Assembly: GCA_903813345.2 (NCBI GenBank)
Contig: CAIIXF020000001.1
Location: 5,580,001 to 5,644,000, forward strand
Origin: Owenia fusiformis
Lineage: Eukaryota
DNA: 64,000 nt
Reading direction: 5' to 3'
Below, piece after piece: positions 57,401-64,000 of this stretch. Position 1 is the first letter of the stretch, and each line of letters begins with the position of its first letter. The translations under genes were made by a program, and so were the position numbers. The notes under the pieces were generated by a model that did no database searches, was not told the DNA's origin, and saw nothing but the letters and a program-made list of their open reading frames with translations.

Positions 57401-60251
57401 GAGGCAAAGGTTAACAAATACAAGATGGGGGGTACCAAAAGTCCATTTGTTATGTTTGCACAGGGCATCAGAAGTCCACCTCCTGGCAACCATCAAGGTA
57501 GGTTTAAGTAAATGTGTGGATTTCACTTTATAGTGCTATATGGAAGCCATATTTCAAGAAATTGTTTAACCCTCTTACTAATAGGGCTATATACTTTGAC
57601 CTCACCAAAATGGTTTTCATAGTGGTTTTGATAGTTTTAATATTTGCTTATACCCATGATATTATGATAACTAAAGACTAGAGGGTAATGTTCTTTAATG
57701 TATGTAGGTCAGATTCAAAATCTAGATCTAAATCTATAATTTTTTTTAATTTTTATTATTAGCTCACATGGTGAGCTATAGCTATCACTCACTTGTCCAT
57801 CTGTCTATTTGTCAGTCTGTCCCCCTGTCACAATACTGCCACAAAAGTGGCACATTTTAAAACCTTTCTCAATTCCTGTTTAAAATTATTTTTGTCTCAA
57901 CATCAATACAGAAAACTCCCCCATGACTCCAGATTCAAAACCTCGCTCACTTTCAAAATAGCCACCATTTTGTCCATTTACTAGCTAGAGTTTTTAAACC
58001 TCTGTTGATAGGATTCACGTTTTAAATTATTTTTGTTCAGCATCAATACAGAAAACCACCCTGTGACTCCTGATTCAAAAACTTGTCTACTTTCAAAATG
58101 GCCACCATTTTTGTCTTGCAAAATTAACTTTTGGGCCATTTAGTGGCTTTATAAAAAATGTCATGTACGAAACCCTGCATTGTAAAAGCCAATATCACTA
58201 TAAACAGTACTTTTATGGAATAATTGTGTAAGAAAAAATCAAACAAATTCTTTCAAAATCTCCATTTTTGGTATAAAAAATCACATTTCGCCCAATACCA
58301 TGTGAGCCCAGTTCCCATGGTACTATTTTTTGTCAAAAAATGAAAGGCATTAAGGGGCAACAAATGACTCAATTTTACCAATTAAAATGATAACAATAGT
58401 CTTGCTTTTAAAAGTCAAAATTATATTTTCAGTTTCCTGATATAAAAACCACAAAACATGATAGAGTGTTCACATACTTTCACTGTGATATGGAAATCAA
58501 TTCGAAAAACTATTTTAGTGAATAAAACAAAACTCTATTGATATCAAATATTATCATTTCAGGTGGTTTTGCTGAGTATTCTGTGAATGATACTCCAGAG
58601 TTGATGTCAGTTGAAATGACACCACAAAATGACACTTTGACACCAAGCTCCAGCAATGCAGCAAGTAAAGCTAACAAAAAAGCTAAGAGGAAGTTAATTG
58701 CTGACGAAGAAGAGAAAACTAAGAAGTCACCTAAACTTAACTCCAAACAGGTACAATTATCCTTCTTTCTGTCTAAAATCACCTCAATATACTGAGCATA
58801 AATTACATCAGACCAGATCCATCACAATTTTTAGAAAGTGACAAAATTTCTAACACCATTTGATAATCTAGACAGCAGAATTAATTATCCCACCGAACGA
58901 AGCATCCATTTGTCCGGGTGTTAACTCAAATTCCGGTTGACGGATTTGATTCAAATTTTATAGGCTTATGCCTTTTTGAAGTAGAACCTCTGCTCGAGAA
59001 GGAATTTGGACACTTAATTCAAAATGGCCGACATTTTTCGTAAAAAATATAATCTTTGATAACTCCAATACTAGTTCATGGATTTGGTTCAAATTTTTAT
59101 ACTGATGCTTAGAGACAAAAGAGCTACGCTGAAGAAGAGATTTTCAAAATGGCTGCTAAATCTCAAAATGGCGGCCATTTTCGCAAAAAAACATAATCTT
59201 TGATAACTCAAATACATGTACCAGTGACACGCGGTACTAACTCTCCAGAACATATCGAAACCAAAACGCCCCGCAAAACCGTTAATTTGAATTTCAAATC
59301 TATTTTGTCTTTGGAAAATCAATGATTGTGAATCTCACACTACACCATTTTTCTTCAAACTTGTTCCATTAAAACCTTCACAGAAATACCTTTCAGTCGA
59401 GACATTGCCTTTGTTTACAAAGTCCCTCGTTTTAGCGGCGTTTTGGTCCCGAGATGTGAGAAGATGCAAATCTTTAGAGATTTCAATCAAAAGCCTCGTT
59501 GGATCTACAGTATACACCTTATCTATACACGTTTGTAGTCATAGACTCTGCTGGGCGTTTTGGAAGACAACGGAGCGTTTTGGTCAATTTCGAACAGTTG
59601 CGTAGGACTTTTTTAAATTTCTGCGTTTAATGTAATAAATATGTTGGTGCAGCAATGGAGGGTTGTAATGGGAGTCCTTGTGCAAAGAACTGGCGATATA
59701 TCGAGGCTTTTGGTTGAAATCTCTAAAGATTTGCATCATCTCACATCTGGGGACCAAAACGCCGCTATAACAAGGGCTTCTTTTCAGCTTCTTTTTCAAA
59801 TTTCTTTGATTGAAACCCAAAATAAATTCAAGCTTCTTACGTTTTATCACCCAGCACAGGACAAACATAACGGTCAATATTTAGTGAATTTTTTTATTTC
59901 CCGAATTTTCCAAAACTCAAGAAAAATGCTAAATATACCACCACACGAAAATTACCAGGAGTACAATTATTTTTGTATTCTTTTTTTATTCTGAAGTTGA
60001 TGATTAGTTGCTCTGATGTAAAATGACAATACTCCCAGTCCAAAATTGTTTGCTATGCACTATGTGGTCCTTTTCCAGATATATTTTATAGTAAAAGGTA
60101 TTGTAAAATGTATGGTTCTGATATCTGATTTGTTCACTTAGATTTACCTTTTTCATTGCAGAAACGAAAACTTGAACGTGAAGGGAAGAATAAGAAGATT
60201 GGCAAACATTTCTACGAATCAGCAAATGTGAAGAATCGACGCAATCGCTGA
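33382..60251 (+). CDS. GNL2: nucleolar GTP-binding protein 2 (Nog2/NGP-1; circularly permuted YlqF/YawG GTPase), 15 coding exons, ~792 aa
   Basis: Exons 33382-33451, 38431-38518, 39553-39647, 42641-42774, 43316-43414, 43833-43985, 44243-44401, 44679-44792, 45450-45578, 46239-46343, 54823-54981, 55423-55518, 56798-57497, 58563-58750, 60162-60251. GT-AG, phases consistent (2379 nt). Motifs: [57 protein letters not shown] (G4), GYPNVGKSS (G1), DCPG (G3), [11 protein letters not shown]-terminal [16 protein letters not shown]. Confidence 0.95.
33752..33937. mobile_element. small G/C-tract hAT-like MITE
   Basis: cagtggatctag ... ctggatccgcccctg; degenerate 8-bp TSD acatttac/acattggc. Confidence 0.6.
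34486..36014. mobile_element. 1.5-kb non-autonomous DNA element with ~100-bp near-perfect TIRs
   Basis: gaaagaatgtgatgtaaccacgtgtctacttaccggcttgttc... mirrored at 35913-36014; no TSD seen. Confidence 0.8.
36172..38195. mobile_element. MULE/Merlin-like non-autonomous element containing nested insertions
   Basis: TIRs ggttataatgaaaacacgcgctacgcgctaacgcgc and its mirror; exact 9-bp TSD agacaaata. Confidence 0.88.
36951..37099. mobile_element. small MITE nested in the 36172-38195 element
   Basis: gcccgtagccag / ctggctacgggc TIRs, flanked by gttgtggggg on both sides. Confidence 0.7.
38431..38518 (+). CDS. GNL2: GNL2 exon 2
   Basis: [28 protein letters not shown]. Confidence 0.9.
39553..39647 (+). 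CDS. GNL2: GNL2 exon 3
   Basis: [13 protein letters not shown]...[10 protein letters not shown]. Confidence 0.92.
40820..42618 (+). mobile_element. 5'-truncated L1/Tx1-clade LINE (ORF2 RT C-terminal part, frameshift at ~41070), in GNL2 intron 3
   Basis: [31 protein letters not shown] and C-terminal CNFC...HFFINC knuckle; stop at 42514; ATTAAA at 42579; A-rich tail 42597-42618; TSD t(a/g)caatatat at 40810-40819 and 42619-42628. Confidence 0.92.
42641..42774 (+). CDS. GNL2: GNL2 exon 4
   Basis: [18 protein letters not shown]...[17 protein letters not shown]. Confidence 0.92.
43316..43414 (+). CDS. GNL2: GNL2 exon 5
   Basis: [27 protein letters not shown]. Confidence 0.92.
43833..43985 (+). 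CDS. GNL2: GNL2 exon 6
   Basis: ...[13 protein letters not shown]. Confidence 0.92.
44243..44401 (+). CDS. GNL2: GNL2 exon 7
   Basis: [22 protein letters not shown]...LNKCDLVP. Confidence 0.93.
44679..44792 (+). CDS. GNL2: GNL2 exon 8
   Basis: [25 protein letters not shown]. Confidence 0.93.
45450..45578 (+). CDS. GNL2: GNL2 exon 9 (G1)
   Basis: [21 protein letters not shown]. Confidence 0.93.
45749..45928. mobile_element. palindromic MITE
   Basis: tacacaggcaaattacatcggacccc / ggggtccgatgtaatttgcctgtgta. Confidence 0.75.
46239..46343 (+). CDS. GNL2: GNL2 exon 10 (G3)
   Basis: [22 protein letters not shown]. Confidence 0.93.
46622..47746 (-). CDS. heparan sulfate glucosamine 3-O-sulfotransferase-like (HS3ST/3-OST family), type II Golgi membrane protein, nested antisense in GNL2 intron 10
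   Basis: 374-aa uninterrupted ORF: N-terminal TM anchor, 5'-[12 protein letters not shown], 3'-[23 protein letters not shown]...FP, TKAFYC...[11 protein letters not shown] and terminal F.W; colinear with HS3ST1-type enzymes. Confidence 0.9.
   Translation of the reverse strand: MTFISRTILLVLGVLFVILLMNNLHNGMGHMSGYTDHQNLENVQEFFKSSENQNASPEEIMRIYGTFPSTDHPYYKTHKLHYIYFSADHDDLQSKLKQDKKSIKKGLHEKLGLRRADVILAGMFKGGTGTIMQFLNSHPQIVQLESQGYFSHHDRYILNSFQDHLKIKGNGSVRDDQLILERCTGCFISQAARDRLKVFYPDNHVKFLIMVRDPVDRLISEFTQNFWITGKNLSIEEAYFLPNGSINEDHIAIQKSIYVKHLALWYTMFPRELIYLVDADIFTRQPWVELNKIEQFIGVEHFLNEDKFVPHPTKAFYCILRGNETDVNCMGKAKGRTHPHIKDETIQMLKDYFKVFNEELFALAGKSFAWSRNY
48440..49400. mobile_element. long foldback element with internal ~36-bp tandem units
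   Basis: cactggtcag...cacatttaagatgg mirrors ccatctcaaatgtg...ctgaccagtg; gtagtatacgac..ggccttttgacctgcaaccagtac mirrors 49130-49168; centre ~48970. Confidence 0.8.
50225..50770 (+). mobile_element. family-A HINE copy with tandem gacctt units
   Basis: ggcggttggcgtctgtaacaaattc... matches 7830-8450. Confidence 0.7.
51560..52675 (+). pseudogene. possible highly decayed USP/peptidase C19-like coding remnant
   Basis: Cys-box-like GMYN-(frameshift)-PSSNC-INTI at ~51673-51712 and His-box/terminal-like [25 protein letters not shown] at ~52596-52673, followed by AATAAA; many stops and frameshifts. Confidence 0.25.
53091..54053 (+). mobile_element. HINE/DINE-1-like element, family B
   Basis: ttagctcacatgg ... 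ccatgtgagc subterminal inverted repeat, (gtcc)n microsatellite, ~150-bp tandem core repeats, 3' hairpin agtac-ccatg-gtact followed by a T tract. Confidence 0.8.
54823..54981 (+). CDS. GNL2: GNL2 exon 11
   Basis: [13 protein letters not shown]...TGKLLK. Confidence 0.92.
55423..55518 (+). CDS. GNL2: GNL2 exon 12
   Basis: [29 protein letters not shown]. Confidence 0.92.
55560..56060 (-). pseudogene. decayed exon-like coding remnant, antisense in GNL2 intron 12
   Basis: Bounded by ttatttacAG and GTAATT on the minus strand; protein-like reading [22 protein letters not shown]...[20 protein letters not shown] broken by isolated TGA codons and one frameshift. Confidence 0.3.
56071..56550. mobile_element. 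non-autonomous element made of a 140-bp hairpin plus a second inverted repeat around a T-rich tract
   Basis: 56071-56212 palindrome; ttatcctataccaagtagagtttt (56216-56239) mirrors aaaactctacttggcataggataa (56526-56549). Confidence 0.65.
56798..57497 (+). CDS. GNL2: GNL2 exon 13 (acidic low-complexity region)
   Basis: ETKEERE...[18 protein letters not shown]...D/E-rich; phase 0-1. Confidence 0.85.
57757..58326 (+). mobile_element. family-B HINE, second copy
   Basis: Same ends and core repeat as 53091-54053. Confidence 0.78.
58563..58750 (+). CDS. GNL2: GNL2 exon 14
   Basis: GFAEYSV...PKLNSKQ; phase 1-0. Confidence 0.82.
59430..59767. repeat. inverted repeat pair within a MITE-like element
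   Basis: tagcggcgttttggtcccgagatgtgagaagatgcaaatctttagagatttcaatcaaaagcctcg is mirrored at 59701-59767. Confidence 0.7.
60162..60251 (+). CDS. GNL2: GNL2 exon 15 (stop)
   Basis: [35 protein letters not shown] at 60341. Confidence 0.88.
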   Translation, partial: KRKLEREGKNKKIGKHFYESANVKNRRNR

Positions 60252-63200
60252 TGAAAAAAATATTTTAATATTTTGGAGGAATTTGGAGTTTTGTGTATGA
60301 TAGTCAATATAAAGTAAAAATATTGCAGAAAACAAACCTCAATAAACATAAAGGAAATTAAAGAACACTCAATGTGTAGAAATTAAATAAAAGAACACTC
60401 ATGATTCAAAGAGGAAATTAGGGAACACTTGTTATTCAGAAATGAAATGTAAGATTAAGAACATTCAAGGTAGAGAATGCAAATAAAAGACCACTGACTG
60501 TACAGAAAGAAAATTATAGCAAACCCAATTAGAGTAGGAACAATTAGATAACCCAAACTGTTCAGAAGACTTTTACAGGCCACTACTACCAAAATATTTA
60601 TTTATACTGTATATTATAATGATTGTTCATCTGTCAGTATGTTTGTCCAAGCAATAACTTTAATACCAATTCATAGGTTTGGTTCAACGTTTAAAGGTTG
60701 ATACCTTATGGGCATAGGACCTCTGCTGAATATTAAATGGCCGCCATTTTTTATGTCCCTACCACATAGTGTAGGGCCATATTGTCAGCCAAGGTGAGTC
60801 TCTGTCCAAGTCCATCCATCTGTCTGTACATGTGACAGTTTTCTGCTACAGGTATCTGATATCACCCTCAACCCTCAAATGTTTAGGGTGTACATACATA
60901 TGCAGTAGAAAAATTGGGTTAATCAGAAATTTTTAGAGATGTTTCTTGGTATGAAACTTTACAACGCATTAGTTCTTGGACATTCTAGGTAAATGTAAGG
61001 TACCCATTTTGGACTTCCTATCCTAAAATTTAAGATCGTCTCCATGTTTCCAAGCCAAACCATAATGGATTGCTCTGAAATTCATAGGGATGTTTCCTGT
61101 TATAAAACTTAACAACTGATGATGTTGCCATGGTGCAACCCCTAGTTTGAATCCATTGATTTCTTATATCATGAATGACCTGAAACATAAACTCTTGGCT
61201 CCTAACAGTAAAAATAAATGGTTCAGATGTTTCCCTTTTAATAAAAGACTCATAGATATTTCAGAGTAGATCATATAATTTTTTGCACTTTTTATTCTAG
61301 TCTTGAAAAATTTCGCAACCTAATGCAGGCATTTGCAATAATTTGAGATCTTTGCAAAGTTAGGCTACAATTAATATACGAAATCAAGGTGTTCTTGAAA
61401 AGATCATCTCTCTTATTTGTTCCTTGGAATTTTTAGTTTGGCAGTAGGGAAATGTACATACTTTTGTTGAACATCGTAATTATTACCATGTATGTATGTC
61501 TTTATTGAAAATAGGAAATAAATGATTATAAGAATCCATCTAAATGACATTCTTGGTATGCATATTTATATATATATTCAAAATAATATATTCTATCAAA
61601 GATGGCTCTCACTTCAAAATTATGTTTCTCTTACTGCTCTCGATATGATATCATGAAGTGTTGCCAAAATTGCTATGGGTGTAGATGTAATTCAGTTGCT
61701 GCATTACTAAGCAAAGGTTTTGGTCCTTTGGATAAACTTGAGTGTTTGATTTAAAAGCTAAATCCACTTTGGCAAAGATGGATTACCAATGCCTACTATC
61801 TATAGTTTGGGGTTTTTAATTTGGAAAATAAGAAATTACATTGTAAAGCAGTTTGAAGTGAGGGCCATCTACATGATTAGTGAGCTCTCCTTATAATGTA
61901 TACATGTATCATTATTTCCAATTCTATTGTAATTTCACAAAGTGGTCTATTTTAGAATTTAACAAAAAGGATTTCATCATTGAAATTATTGGGGAATTCA
62001 AGTGAATTTACAAACTGCAAATTGCATGTAATATGTTACGTTGCTTTGAAAAACCTCCTACAGTTCCCATGGAGGGTGTCACTGCAGTACTGTTTCATTA
62101 AACATTTTTCACAACCCTGGAAAAAACTATAGAGACCAATTTGAAACAGTGAAAATCAATTTGGGACTCTTAAGGACCATGCGGCGTCCGGCGGACATAA
62201 CTGTCGCTTCAACTCATTATAAATCACTTGGTTTTCATTTCATAAAGGTCTTGTGATGGAGAATTATATGAAATACCAATTTCGATCAAATGTGGTTGTG
62301 AATCGCCACAATACACCATCTTCCATATCGTCAGTGACAACAAAATCTGAATTTGAAATAATTAACAGAGACAACGGCACATGATATGACGGACTATGGT
62401 GGATGTATTGCACTGGAACATAGGAAAATGACAATGTTAACTCAGCACATTTGACCCACATTTACCATTGTTACAGCATCCATTGTTCTGTGTCATATTT
62501 TGATCGGTAAAATTAAATCCTTTATAGCGATGATAAAACTTTAACTATACAATGAGTAGAATCAGGCACTTTGATTGATTGTTGTACCAAAGGAATTTAA
62601 TCTAGCTACTCTATTAAACATGCAGTTAATGAAAATTGAATTGAATATGAACCTGTGGCTGCCATTTGTAACAACGGTATCTGGCTTTACCATTGTCAGG
62701 GTGTTCCGGTGTGATCATATGTTTATGAAAATTAACAGAACATTGAAGATTTAAACGTTTTTAACATTCTGTTTTTGTAATTTAAGTGAAGAACTACAAT
62801 TATGATTCTGTCGTCTTGTGAATTGTTCGTTCGCAAACGTTTAGATTTTCTAAAACACATGATGCTGACACACATTTTTGCCAAAAAGATTCTGCCTACA
62901 TCTCGCAAAATCATGGAAAAAGTAAAAGAGAAGAGTTACTCCACAGTGTTTATAGTGGGACTCGTCCTTACAAACCATGGCTTACAGCAGTCTCAGTTGA
63001 ATTAATTTCTCACTGTTCATTGAAAAAAGTTACCATTAATCACTCTCACACTTTGTAAGCATGTTATATATTAAGTCCATAATCTGTTATGCCATTTAAA
63101 CAAAAATAATGCCTTATATTTGTCAATTGCATTTTTGTTGTTGTTTGGTAGACCCTTTGCCATACAAGTTGTGGATTTTTCTGGTTTCCATACCTAATAC

Positions 63201-64000
63201 CTTCAAATTTCACCAGAAATATTTGCAGAAATTGTACCTGAATTGACTTGTGAGTCGTGACTAAAGTTAAGATGAATTAGATAATACAGTAACTTCCTTT
63301 GAACCCAGAATCACCAAAGCAACACTTATTAGGACAACAGATTCCAACCAGTTTCCCCAAGCTCCATCTTAAGCGGGGGATAAATCAGATACTGTAGTGG
63401 TTAACAGATTTATAGATTTAGATAATGTCATATGGAAATAGGACCTCTTATCTAGAAGTGCTGTTTTTCTAGTTATAAAATTTAATTGAGTGAAAAGAAA
63501 ATTTTCTTCATTGATAGATGTCATGATATATCTATTGTAAATACAATTTCATAATTTCATATACACCCTATGCAGACAGAGCCTGTTGGAAATATTGGGT
63601 GCGGAGCAAATGAGCGGAGGGTGCAGAGCTAACGGTCATTTTTGAATTTAAATTTGGGATATTTCTGAAACTAAGCCGTTTTGGGACTTCAAATATACCA
63701 AGATATGTGTATTTGACACCAAATATCAATACAATTGTGAAAATAGTAGCGCAATTCATTCTATAGCGACGCAGTGTACCTTAAACCTTTCCCAGACCTA
63801 TATATTTTGAAATTATCCTTTTAATACTGAGTCCCCAGCATTCATAAAAAATGGAAATTCAGTGGCCATCTTGAAAATTGTAAATCGAACAGATCTACTG
63901 TGTCCCTTGGCATCATCATAGCGGAAAAAAAACGTAATCTCTGGTAACTCAAATACCAGTGAACGGATTTGGTTCAAATTTTATATGATGATGCCTAGGG

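Noticed and set aside
60300-64000. Further genes downstream of GNL2
   Set aside because: Only short ORFs without motifs, plus fragments of repeat families

Overview
AT-rich, intron-rich animal (invertebrate-like) genomic DNA with spliceosomal GT-AG genes and dense non-autonomous transposons; nothing prokaryotic. Four protein-coding loci can be reconstructed by hand. (1) A C2H2 zinc-finger gene on the minus strand that runs off the left edge. (2) A divergently transcribed 18-exon kinesin-13 (KIF2A/MCAK-like, ~689 aa, 4616-25184). (3) A 15-exon nucleolar GTPase GNL2/Nog2 (~792 aa, 33382-60251). (4) A heparan sulfate 3-O-sulfotransferase-like gene with a single coding exon, nested antisense in GNL2 intron 10, which keeps the PAPS-binding motifs but has altered acceptor-binding/catalytic residues. 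Repeats include a 5'-truncated L1/Tx1-type LINE inserted just upstream of a GNL2 3' splice site, a Transib-like element (CAC...GTG termini, 5-bp TSD), hAT/P/Tc1-pogo/MULE-like MITEs (one nested three deep), Helentron-type (HINE/DINE-1-like) elements with internal tandem repeats, and a ~59-copy 22-bp minisatellite. The most unusual observations are the triplicated acceptor plus exon start at the kinesin KEC motif, the divergent nested sulfotransferase, the LINE that separates a putative branch point from its acceptor, and two decayed coding remnants in GNL2 introns. No wholly new multi-gene system can be demonstrated from the sequence alone.
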